Shown here in pieces: positions 40,080 through 52,429 of a stretch of DNA of 64,000 nucleotides (position 1 is the stretch's first letter; every line of letters starts with the position of its first letter). The translations under genes were made by a program, and so were the position numbers. Source of the DNA: Lama glama (Eukaryota); assembly GCA_028534125.1 (NCBI GenBank), contig CM052817.1, forward strand, positions 105,526,001 to 105,590,000, written 5' to 3'. Under the pieces are notes generated by a model that was not told the DNA's origin, made no database searches, and saw only the letters and a program-made list of their open reading frames with translations.

Positions 40080-41832
40080 ATTTTTTTTAATTGATTTTCT
40101 GTTTGGATGATCTGTGCATTGATGTAAGGGAGCTGTTAAAGTCCCAGAAGTTTATTGGATTGCTTTCAGTTTTTCCCTTTCAGTTTGTAATATTTGCTTT
40201 ATATATGTTGATGCTCCTCTGTTAGGTGCATATATATTTATAAATATTACACCTTTCTGTTGGGTTGACCCCTTTATCATTTGTGAGTCTCTTCTTTGTC
40301 TTATAGTGTTTCTTTCAAAGTCTATTTTGTCAGATACAAGTATTGCTACTACAGCTTTCTTTTTTGGTTTTGTATGGAATATCTTTTTCCATCCCTTTAC
40401 TTTCAGTCTTTGTGTCTTTTGTTTTGAAGGAAATCTCTTGTAAGCAGCAGGTAGATGAGTCTTTTTTATCCATGCATAAACTTGATGTCTTGATTTGTGA
40501 ATTTCATCCATTTACGTGTAAAGGAATTATTGATAGCTAAATACCTATTGCCACTTTTTAAATTGCTTTCTGGCCAGCTTTGCAGCTCCACTCTTTTTCT
40601 TTTTCTTCTCTTTCTCTATTCCCTTCTGTTTATTGAAAACCCCTCGAGCTTTCTTTTCATTTAGCTATAGCTTCTGTTTGGTGGTTTCTTATATTCTCTG
40701 CCTCTTTGTTGGAATTTTTGCTGTGCTCATCCATTCTTCTCCCAAGTTCGGTCAGCATCATTATGACCATGACTTTGAACTTCATATCAGGTGGATTGCT
40801 TATCTCTGCTCATTTGGTTTCCCACCCGCCATAGGTTCTTCTGATTGGAACTTATTCCTCTATCTTCTCATTTTGTTTAATTCTCTTTGCTTCTTTCTAT
40901 GTATTAGGGGTATCAGCAGTCTCTCCCAGTACTGAAAAAGGGACCTTGTTTGGATGGTGTCTTATGTGGCTCAGAAGTGCAATCCGACCTGTCCACTCAG
41001 TGGCTGGACCAGGCACTCAGTGGGTGTCCCCTCAGTAGGCTGTGTGTATCCTCCTGCTATGGTGGGACTGTGGCTGCTGTGGGGCACTGGTGGGTGGCAC
41101 TGGCCTCCAGACCATGTTTGCTATCTGTCTGCAGCTGCTATAATGCATTGGTGGGCGTGGCTGTCACTCAGCTTGCTTGAGGCCTCGCCAAGGTGCAGGG
41201 GTGGGCAGGGGTGGGCAGGGCTCTCAGCAGAGCATGCCCAGTGCTAGCAGATTAGAGGGAGAATTCCATTACTGCACTTGCCAGTGCTGGTGTTAACAAG
41301 GTAGCCGGAGCTCAAGTAAATGGCTTCTGCCTGTGACTGCTCCCCTGGGAGCATCCCGACTGTTTCCAGCCTCCCTGGCAGACACTTCACTATTTATTGA
41401 CACTGCACCTTTTATTCTGGTTTGTTTACACCGGCTTTCAGGTTGAGGGCGTCTGCACACAGGTCCTTTAAGGGTGTTTTTTGATTTCCTACAGTTCTGT
41501 GGTTCTCCTGAGTGTATTCATCTTTGGTTTTCAAATCCAGGCATTTTGGGGTTCATCTCTCCTGTGCAGGATCTAGATTAAAAAATCTCTAGTTTTGTGA
41601 CCCCGCCCAATGGTGGATCACCATGGCTGGGGTGCGGGTTTTTCCTTGGCCAACTCGTATCTCTGCCTCTACTTTACATCTCAGTGCTTTTCCTTTTATT
41701 CTTTGTTGTGGAGGATGTTCATCCAGGTTTCACGTCTCTTCTGAGGGAATTATTCCACATGAAGTTGTACATTTGTTGTTTCTGTGAAAGGACATAAGTT
41801 AAGGATCTTCCTACACCACCATTTTGAACACT
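40080..41832 (-). mobile_element. L1 5' portion: 5' UTR, ORF1 remnant, ORF2 endonuclease remnant
   Basis: ORF 40152-40511 (LKVKGWKKIFH..AVVAILVSDKIDF..MIKGS..INIYAPNRGASTYIKQIL) is the L1 APE endonuclease; GC-rich 5' UTR ends at ..accattttgaac. Confidence 0.9.
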
Positions 41833-42639
41833 CCCTTCTGGCTTTAAAAAAAAAAAAAGTTCTTAAAAGCACATTTATATAAGCATTTCTTAGCAGAAAA
41901 TTAAAATCTGATTATACAACATGGTTTTGGGGAAAATTACATTATTATTATTTTTTTGTCCCTCTAAAATTTTAATATTTGTACTTCTGAGGAAATTACA
42001 TCAAAGTTTATGCTTTCATAATAGTATAGAAAATCCCTGCTCCTTAAAGCTGCCAAATTAGAATTTTGATAAATAAAAAAATGGATTATATAAAAATACT
42101 TTCCATTTAACTGTGCTAATTACAAAACTTTGTTTTTATGAGCATAAGGGGAATTAGTTAAGGATCTCAGTTTGTTCCTGTGTTGCTATTTTAACAAAAT
42201 GGAGAGCTTAATGTCTGACTTATTTAATATTAAATTGATAATTAAGCAGTGCTTGGGAAATACTGTGTTCTGCGTGTTCGCTTGTATTACTGTCTCTGAA
42301 GTAAATGAAATACCAGCAAATGTACATTTAGAGGATATGATGTGACAATCTTTATAAACCAAATTCAACAATAAAATCAAACTTGCATTGGTTTATTGAA
42401 TTTTCTTGAAGGGAATAATACTAATGAAATGTCTCCACATAAGACAATAGCATTGATAGTTTAAAATTATTGAAAATTGATTTTGCTTTTTTCTGAGAAG
42501 GGATGCAAATATAAAAAGACAAGGATTACTTTTTATTTTGAGAATTATTTACATTAAAGGCTAGGGTAGTGATGGAGAAAGTGATGGCTTTAAGATTCCC
42601 CTTAAGATATTTTCCCTGTTGCCTTTTATTCTTCTTTTA

Positions 42640-44670
42640 ATTTTTTAAGTTCAGTTTATTTAAACTAAAAAGAAGAACAGAAACAGTACACCCATTTCTC
42701 CCACACCCACCCCTGCCACTGTCAACCACCAACGTGTTTTCTGTAAGCTAGTTTTTACATATATTTATTTATATATAAATAGTTATTTATATATAATTTA
42801 CTATTTTATTATATATAATACATGTGCTTATATTTGTACATGTATACATGTACATATGTATTCCTTTTCTACAGTAGCCATTCTAAGAGGTGACAGGTGA
42901 TATCTCATTGTGCTTTTGATTTACATTTCCCTGATGATGAATGATGCAGAGCACCTTTCCATACATCTGTTGATCATCTATAAGTATTCTTTGGAAAAAT
43001 GTCTCTTCTGATCTTCTGCTCATTTTTTTTAAAAAATCACTTTGTTTTTGTGATTGAATTGTATGAGTTCTTCGTAGTTTTGAGATAACCCCTTATCAGA
43101 TAAATGTTTTACAAATTTTTTTCCCATTCGGTAGGTACCTTTGCACTTTGTTTTTGATTTACTTTGTTGTCCTGAAGTTGTTAGTTTGAAATAACCCCAC
43201 TTTTTGACTTTTGCTTTTGTTGCTTTTGCTTTTAGCGCCAAATTCAAAAAATCATCGCCAAGACCTGTGTCAAAGAGGAGCTTATTGCCTGTGTTCTTCT
43301 AGAGGTTTTATGGTTTCAGGTCTCACAATCAAGTCTTAAATCCATTTTGAGTTAATGTTTGCATACCATGGGAGATAGTTGATCCAGTTTCTCTCTTTCG
43401 CATGTGACTATCCAGTTTTCCCAACACAGTTTATTGAAGAGGCAAGCCTTTCCTCATTACATATTCTTGGCTCTTTTGTCATCAATTAATCGACAATATA
43501 TTCATTGTTTTATTTCTGGGCTCTTTATTCTATTTCATTGACCTATATGTCTGTTTTTAAACCAATATCGTATTGTCTTGGTTACTACAGCTTTGTAGTA
43601 CAGTTTGAAATTAGGGAGCGTGATGCTTCCAGGGTTGTTCTTCTTCCTCCAGATTGCTTTGGCTATTTGGGGTCTCTGTGGTTACATACACATTTTAGAA
43701 TTGTTTATTTCCGTGGAAAATGCAATTGGTATTTTGATACAGATTTTCTTGAATCTGTAGATTTCTTTGGGCTATATGGACATTTAACAATATTTTTTTC
43801 TTCCAATCCATGAGTATGGAATATCTTTCCATTTATTTGGGTCTTCTTCAGTGTCTTTCATTCATGTCTTACAGTTTTCAGTGTGCAGGCCTTTCATTTC
43901 CTTGGCTAAGTATATTCCTACATATTATATTCTTTTTGGTGTGCTTATAATTCAGATTTTCTTAATTTCCTCTCTGCTAGCTTATTGTTAGTATATAGAA
44001 ATAAACGGATTTTTGCATATTGGTTTTGTAACTTGCAACTTTACTGAATTTGCTTATTAGTTCTAACACTTTTTTAATGGAGTCTTTAGGGTTTTCTGTA
44101 CATAATATTATGTCATGAAAATAGTGACAATTTTACTTCCTTTTTTCCAATTTGGATAACTTCTATTTCTTTTTCTTTCCTGATTACTGAGGCTAGGACT
44201 TCCACTACTGTGTTGAATAAAAGTGGCAATAGTGATCATCCTTGTCTTTTCCTGATCTTTGAAGGAAAGCTTTCAGCTTTTTAATGTTGAGTATGACATT
44301 AACTGTAGGCTTTTCTTATTGACATTTATTATGCTGAGGTACACTCCCTCTATACTTACTTTGTTGAAAGTGATGTTGAATTTTGTCAAATGCATTTTCT
44401 GTATCTACTGAGATGATCGTATGATTTTTATTCTTTATTTTGTTAATGTGGTGTACCACATTGACTGATTGGCAGATGTTGAACCATTCTTACACCCCTG
44501 GAATAAATCCCTCTTGATCATGGTGTATGATCCTTTTTAATGCATGTTGACACCAGTTTCTTAGTATTTTGTTAAGGGTTTTGCATTTATGTTCATCATG
44601 GATACTAGCCTATAATTTTGTGTGTCTGTGTGAGTGGTCTCCTTGTCTGGTTTTGATGTCTTATATTTGG
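42640..44670 (-). mobile_element. Decayed L1 (3' UTR remnant + ORF2 with internal deletions)
   Basis: Antisense ORF2 motifs throughout (gtgatatctcattgtgcttttgattt; ggaataaatccctcttgatcatggtgtatgatcc). Confidence 0.9.
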
Positions 44671-46326
44671 TGCCTTTTATTCTGTACATTTCTTCCACTG
44701 AATCAGCTGTACCTACTCTTTTCATTTTATTTTCTTCATATCTATTCTTTCCCACTTTTGATTTATTTCCAAAGAAATTCCTTTTGTAACAATGTCAATG
44801 CTGTAAAATTTTAAAGTGTAGCTTCCTGCTGAAATGTATATTTGTGTTAAAGAATTCTATTTATAGTGAAAACCTATGGTGTTTTTCTTTCCCATTAATC
44901 CTTCAATTTCCTTTAATTGTACACCAGCCAAAATGGAATTATTCTTGCTGACAACTTTATATACAGCCCAGTGTTTGATCATATCTTAAAATAGTCTTAA
45001 TTCTAAATGAAATAAATTAAAAATCTTAAAATGATGTTTCTGTTGACATTTTATAAATATATATTGAAATATCCTGTGAAGTATATACTTTAAAATCAAT
45101 TATAAAATGTTTTTATGAATTTAAAATATGTATAAAATATATTCTCAAAAATAATAACTTAAAAATGTAAACAAATATCATCTGATAGAAATCATAAACT
45201 TCTATCACAAATTAATAATATAAAACTCAGACTAAATGTAAAAATAGAGACATTTGACAATTTATTACAAAAATTACATTGGCTGGAATTCATCAGTATA
45301 TGTGTTTGACTCACTTTTTTATTTACTTAACCAGAAATATCTGTTTTACTTGTTTTTCATATGATGCTATAAGTAGTTTAGACTTTTATTGTTTAAGGAT
45401 TACAAAAAATCCTTTTAGATTTGCTTCAGCAGTTTCTTTCAAAAATAATTGTATTTAATTATTCTAGTCTGTACCGTTTACAGAATTTGCTTAAATGAAT
45501 AGGATAAAGATATAGTACTTAGTAAAACTTTCACAAAATTGAGAAATATTATAAATATTGAAGTGACATTAAAAAATGAGACTTTTGCATGACAAAAAGC
45601 TTCAAAATGTAGATTCTGGTGCTTACTATCCTGGACCCCTTTTCTCAAATAACCAAATGTGCTTAGTAGTTCTCTAATCTGTACTTCTAGAATTTAAATT
45701 AAAGCTATGGAGGTTCTAATTTATATAAATGCATTTTCAATCTGTATAATTTAAATCTAGTATGCTAATTTTAGCAAGCAAAGTGCAGAACATCTATTCA
45801 CAATTACTGAGTTAAGTTCACATCTCTTCTTTGTTTTGATGATGAAGATTAATGACCCTAAATCTGAGTTCTCAGGCATTTGATTTGCTGGAGAGCTTCC
45901 AGTTGTTCTGCGTTTATGGAGGATTTGTAAAGACCTGTAGTTCCATGGTAGTGATATTATTTTAAATTACGCCTGGAAGATTCTAAGAGATATGCATATT
46001 TAAAGTAATTAAAACTACATTCATATGCAGAGAAGATGCATTCCAAGCTTTATAAATGATAAGAAACAATCATTTTGTGGCAATGATCATAGGTTTATAA
46101 AAATCCTTAAATTTATGACTTTTTATTTTGGGAGAGGTAAAAATAAATCAAGCCAATCTTGGTTTTTCTTCCATTCTAGTCGTCTCTAAAATTATAGATC
46201 ATGCATAAATATTACCTGTTCTTTCTTTAATTCTTTGTAAACTCCCCCTCTCTTAAACATGAATGAGAAGGAGTGAAGGTAAGCAAATATTTGTAATTTT
46301 TCAGAAGAGGAAAACTGATTTCTGAT

Positions 46327-46834
46327 TGTCAATGAAAACCTGCACCAAACAAGTTAAAAAGGTGAGGGAAACTTTGTCCAAGACTTTTATGGCAGAAGTC
46401 AAGACTGTCACAACAGGAAGAGAGATGGAACCCAACTCCACTGAAAAGAAAGGCAGGAGAGACACTGGGGTGAGCAAGTGGAAAAGTATCAAAGACAATG
46501 GCCTAGGGATGAAGTTGTTCAACTTGGCTTGAACGTGTGTGTCTGCTAATTGGCATTTATTGGATTTCAACTCCTACACTCTCACAGAGACTGAAATTGA
46601 GGTACTATCTTCCCTGATGATTACATGTCAAAGGCATGGTTCCCAGGTCTTTGAGAAAGATATTCCTGGGTTATAAAACTGGCAACAAGTTGGGAGAAGA
46701 TTACATCTCAAAGGGGCAGAGAAAGAATTTACAATTGCAACTTTCCTAAGAAAAGGGAGGTGAGAGACCTGTACTCCAGACAGGTTTTGTCTAAAGGTTA
46801 GTCACTGAGAAAAATATTAAGGCAATCTTGGTCA
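46327..46834 (-). mobile_element. Solo LTR, ERV1-class (MER67/MER31-like)
   Basis: TG..CA ends; catctcaaaggggcagagaaagaatttacaattgcaa and tcccaggtctttgagaaagatattcctgggtt resemble the recalled consensus. Confidence 0.7.
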
Positions 46835-47489
46835 GACTATATCCCTCTGATTTCTTAGAAAGAAAGTAGTAACACTGTTGACAAGGGTTCCTTGGAAGAT
46901 TTCCTTCTCAAAAGTGTTTCTGCTAAGCATTTTAGTAGTTTAAAGAGAGATCTGAATTAAAATGTTCCCTATTAAAATGTAAATACTCTCTTGGAAATCA
47001 GGCTTGTTTACAGAGTAAGATTGTGAATGACTTACCCAGGGAAAATCGGATTGCCTTCCTTCTGGCTGAGAGATGTGCCCAGGGAATTAGTATTTCCATT
47101 GGAAGAAGAAGGAAGAAATGATCACTGTTGTACATGATCAACTTGGGGAAGATAAACCCAGCAGGATGCCACTACCAGGGACTAAGGAATTGCACTTGGA
47201 TGAGACAAATGTAATTTAAACTTTAACATTGTGCATTAGACTCTAAGAGTGGCAACAGTCCTAGTTATTTCTGTTATTGACAGAGGACTCAAAGATTAAA
47301 AAGAAAATGCATCAATAGTTTACAAGCTCACCCATATATAAATGGGCACGATTTTCATGTATTCTCTGTGTAATTATTTTCTGCTTAGTGTTTTGAACCT
47401 GGAGAATGAGCAGAATCCAAAAGGTCATATTTAAATAACTAAAGCATATCAAAGGAAAGTGAAACCATCCAAGCAGTGTTTCAATTGAT

Positions 47490-48405
47490 TAAGCAACTTC
47501 TGTAAATAGTTAGGGTATCAATTTTAGGCTTTCCATACCAAAAATTTTCTGTAGCCACAGCTCAACTCTGCCTATATAGCTGAAGTCAGCCACAGACAGT
47601 AGCATGCACAGCACAGTCATGAATGGATGGATGGTTGTGTCCAAAACAAGTTTATTTATAAAAACAGGTGGTGGGTGTGGGTTCTGTTCGGCAGAAGTCC
47701 CACCGAGATGGAAAGAATTACTCGAGACTCTGGAAAGTCAAGAGAGAACGGGGCGGCGGGGGGGGACCAACTCCTCAAACCTCTCAAACACTCCCATATT
47801 TATTGTGCACAATCAAAGAAAAGGTCATGGACAATTGAGTCATGGAACGCAGGAGCTTAAGGAAAAATAGGATCGAGTCGAGATCATAAAATCCACAATG
47901 AGTGCAAAGGTTTAATTTATCTTCAGGGCAGTCATGTGGGGAGGGGAACAAGGTACATTCTTCAGATATAAGAAGTTGATTACAAAACAGACCACCAGAC
48001 CACCAATTCCTTGTCTTGGGGGTTATAGACTATCTAAACAGCAGAAAGCATGCCCAGCGTTTATAACTGAGAGCATGGGTCATCACTTTGCAACGAGCAG
48101 AGTAAACCCTGAACTATGGACCTATGCTTAAAACAAGCCGTGTCCTGCATTTACAGCAAGGGACACACTGGCTTTGCCATTGTGGAAGCAGCCCTTAGCT
48201 AAATCCTCAAGTATGTAAGCAAGGCATTGTCTCTGCTTTTTACAGCAAGGAGGAAGGAGTGCAGATGCACAGGCGCCTGCAAGCAATACATATTTGTTCT
48301 TCCTAAAGGTCACAAGTAGCCGGGGTCTGTTACAATTTATTAACCCAATCATGAGCTCCTACAGGTGAGTCCGATTTGGTCCATGGGTATAGTTTGCCAA
48401 GCCCA
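47490..48405 (-). mobile_element. hAT-Charlie MITE (MER58A-like) split by the LTR at 47676-48363
   Basis: attttaggctt..ctcaactctgcc..cagccacagaca..tttatttataaaaacaggtgg | ccgatttggtccatgggtatagtttgccaagccc is continuous once the LTR is removed. Confidence 0.8.
47676..48363 (-). mobile_element. Solo LTR, probably ERV2/ERVK-class
   Basis: TGTGGG...CCTACA termini, 6-bp TSD ggtggg/ggtgag (1 mismatch), minus-strand AATAAA 47804-47799, several CpGs retained. Confidence 0.82.
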
Positions 48406-50094
48406 CGATTGTCGGAACATTTGCTGAGGTGAAGAAGGCTCTAATACTCTCTTATAGCTTACCTGAGTTAATGGTCTAGTTGCAAATGTATATGTACAAG
48501 GTGTTAAAAAATTAAAAGGAGGACCAGTACTGAGAATTTGTCAATAAACTTGAAAGTGACAAGAAAAAGAAAGGCTCTCTAGACAGAAACCTCTTCAGGG
48601 TTGAAAAGGGCAATTCATTAGCTGATTAAAGCTTGACTGGCTTGAGGATCACCAGCTCCCTTTTTTGCAATTTTCTGTTCATCAGTCTTGAGAAGCTTTT
48701 GACCTGAGCATCACTAGGGAGACTCCCAGGCTCACGGCTGACACCGCTGACTAAACCTGATGTTTTCCCAGTTGTCCATGAATAAGTTGGTATTCCAGTA
48801 TAAACAAAGGTATCCTGCGGTTTTGATGAGCTCAGTCAATCCCCAACAGTCTAATTAATTCCGGATGAATTGTTCAATTTGTTTCTGGATTTGCATAGCA
48901 GAGGCCAAGTCTTCAGATGCTGTGAAGAGCTGCCAAAATGAACAGCCAGGGTTCAATGCCCATTTTTCACGTCCACTTGCTGTGACATCTTAGAGAGACT
49001 TGAACTCTGTAGAACTTCACCGTGAAGGCAAATGGCCCAGATCCCAGTTCCAGCTTTATCAGTAACAACAGTGCATTATGGCTGATAGCAATCTCTCTTA
49101 ACTGAATTGTTTAAATTAGGCAAACAATACTAGAAGTCTTTGTTCGGTGGCAAAGGCTCAAATTCTCTTTCACTCTGTGAAATGAATAGTTCATTCATTG
49201 AGCTCTGTCTGACTGACTGTAATCTGAAAAATGGTAATTTTTTTTCAATTTATGAAAGACAGAGCAAATAAGGTGTCATTTGATTGACTCCCAAATTAAC
49301 CCCCTGGGGTTTCTCAGAGATAAATCGAAGGAATGAACACGGGTTAACGTTCTTTCCTTCTGTCTGTAATAGCTTTTTAACACGCCGCTGAGCACACTGT
49401 TAACATACAGGAAATCGGCTGATTGCTTTATCCTGACTGACAAATGAGTATTCACAGCAAACTCTTCGTGTTGAATTGTCTCTTTCATACGTCTGTGTAA
49501 TTTACTCACCTCAGATGACTACATTGAGTTCCACCTCTAAGTGAGCATCCTAACATTTAAAAACCGATTAAAGATAGCAAGGTAATTCAGTATTTTACAC
49601 ATTCAGTCATTTTGGTCATAATATCAAATTTTCTCAAATCATATATGATATTTATACCAACGTATCATACAGAGAAAAGATACTTGATTACTTGAACATT
49701 TCTTTGATATCTCTCATCATGCTTTTTTATGAATAGAACAGTGATCATCATCATGTTCGATAAGAGGTTCTTTTTTTGTTTCCCGCATGCATATATTTAA
49801 ATACAACCTCCAGGGCACTTAGCTTGTATGTGAGAGTAGAAAACCACAGTAAAGTGTAACAGCCTTCTGGGTGATAAGCTGGGCTTTTCCTCTCATGCTT
49901 AAGTAATGTCTATGAAAATTAAACCAATATGGTTTTACATAAGCACTACCTTTCTCCAAGTGATCATAATGTTATATTATAAGCTTGGTGAAACGGTTCC
50001 TGTCTTAACCTATGGACACTTCAATAGCTCCTCGCTAGTGATAGCAGCTGTAGCCTATGCAGAATGAACTAAGGGCCAGGCACAGGCAGAAGTA

Positions 50095-50927
50095 TTTTTT
50101 TATTGAAGTACAGTCAGTTACAGTGGGTCAATTTCTGGTGTACAGCATAATGTTTCAGTCATACATATACATACATATATTCATTTCCATGTTCACTGTA
50201 GGTTACTACAAGATATTGAATATAGTTCCCTGTGCTCTGCAGAAGAAATTTGTTGTATATCCAATTTACATATAGTAGTTATTATCTGCAAATTTTGAAC
50301 TCCCAATTTATCCCACCTCCTTTTCCACTGGTAACCATAAGTTGGTTTTCTGTGTGAGTCTGTTTCTCTTTTGTAAATAAGTTCATTTGTGTCTTTTTTT
50401 TTTTTTTTTAGATTCAGCATAAGTGATATCATATGGTATTTTTCTTTCTCTTTCTGGTTTACTTCACTTAGAATGACAATCTCCAGGTCCACCCATGTTG
50501 CTGCAAATGGCATTGTTTTTATTCTTTTTATGGCTGAGTAGTATTCCATTGTATAAATATACCACAACTTTTTTATCCAGTGCTCTGTTGATGGACATTT
50601 AGATTGTTTCCATGTCTTGGCTATTGTAAATAGTACTGTTATGAACACTGGGATGCATGTATCTTTTTGAATTAGAGTTCCCTCTGGATATATGCCCAGG
50701 AGTTGGATTGCTTGATCATATGGCAAGTCTATTTTTAGTTTTTTAAGGGACCTCCATACTGTTTTCCATAGTGGCTGCACCAAACTACATTCCTACCACA
50801 CCCAATTCAACATTTATCCTTTGTGGGCTTTTGAATGATGGCCCTTCTAACTGGTGTGAGGTGAAATCTCATTGTAGTTTTCATTTGCATTTCTCTGATA
50901 ATTAGCAACTGAGCATTTTTTTTCATG
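50095..50927 (-). mobile_element. Relatively young 5'-truncated L1 (3' end)
   Basis: ORF 50193-50783 is the ORF2 C-terminus ([27 protein letters not shown]) running into the 3' UTR; TSD-like gcaca..aagtatttt on both sides. Confidence 0.93.
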
Positions 50928-52429
50928 CACAATCATAAGTATTTTAAAATATCATATCTCATCTTTACAATATTCTTACATGTTAGGTACCATCTTTACT
51001 TTAAAGATGGAAAAATTGAGACTTAAAGTTTAAGTCACTTATCTTCCAAAAAGTGTGCATTAGAAATCAAACTGAAGCAAGCATCAGGTCACATCCGAAA
51101 TTTGGGTCTTGCTGGTAATATAGTTCATGCTTTTGTCTCCCACACTATGCAGACTTCTTTGTCGGTAGCATGTATCTTTTTTAAGACAATTGCTTTACTG
51201 AATATCCAATAATAGGATGCTTTCTTTCTTCTCACCAATTGTGATTAGGGACCTGAACTTTTCGTTTTGTGACCTTAGTGTGTTGGGGAAGTTCCTATCT
51301 GATCACAAGATGGCTGGTGAAACTGCAATTATTTATTTCTTCCTCACATAATAGTATCACAAATAGAACAGTTATACCTACCTCATAGATGTGATAATTA
51401 ACTGAATTAATTACTTAGAACAATTCCTGGCGAATATTAAGTACCGAGTAAATGCTGACAATTATTTTACTTGACCCCAGTCCTACAAGGAGCAACTCAG
51501 TTATTAAGAAATTTTGAACTTGGTGTAATATACCTTGAAATATCAGTACCTTATTATTCCAGCCTATATATCTATCATGTTAAAATCATCCAGTTGTATA
51601 CAGTCTTAAAGTTTTCCAAATCATAAAATTAGAATAAACTTGACTTTGAGTGACCACCAAATTCTCTTTTGAATACAACTTTTGTCAGGTCAGGTTTCAA
51701 ATGAAAACTGCTTTTCATGAGGAGAGAATGGTTTTCCAAGCTCGTAGGGTCATACATATCATTGAATGAAGGGCCTTATCCTTCACATATTCCAGTTTAA
51801 AATTCAACGGTATGTAATTTATTTGAAAGAGAGAAGTGAAATAAAATTGAACAGAAATGTTGAATGATAATTGTATTATATTTATAAGACTACAGAAGGA
51901 ATATCAGAATCAGGAATAAATAAAAAGGAAAATGAGGTTCACTATTGTTAGCATGCAAAACTGCTTGAAGTGTCATCAAAATACAGTCCTGTCTATAATA
52001 CTGTATTGGCCTTATTACAAAGTTATAAAGAGAATAAAAAATGAGATTCTAATTCTGCACAAGAACCTTTTTACTTCATTGTTTTATAAAATATCTTTTA
52101 TTGAAAAGTATTTTTTAATGTCTTCTCATAATTTTTAAATCTCACCAATGGCATAGGAAAGTGACCTTTCTGTTGTAAGTACTAAATATTTATATTTATG
52201 CTTGTGACTATAAGCCTGTCTTGTTTCTTTCAGAACTTGTGGCAGAAATAATTCCATTTTCACTTGAATTCTCAGAATTTTCCTCAGTACAGCTCCTTTC
52301 CTGGGGGATAAACTTGGGATTCCTTTCCCCTATTCCTTTCCAATTCTTCTTTTTATTGCTGTCCTGTGGATTCAAGACATCCTGAAAATACATACATTGC
52401 TACCTCTGCTATGTCTTTATAACACTTGA

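Noticed and set aside
50193..50783. 196-aa minus-strand ORF
   Set aside because: L1 ORF2 C-terminus reading into the 3' UTR of a truncated copy; not a host gene.
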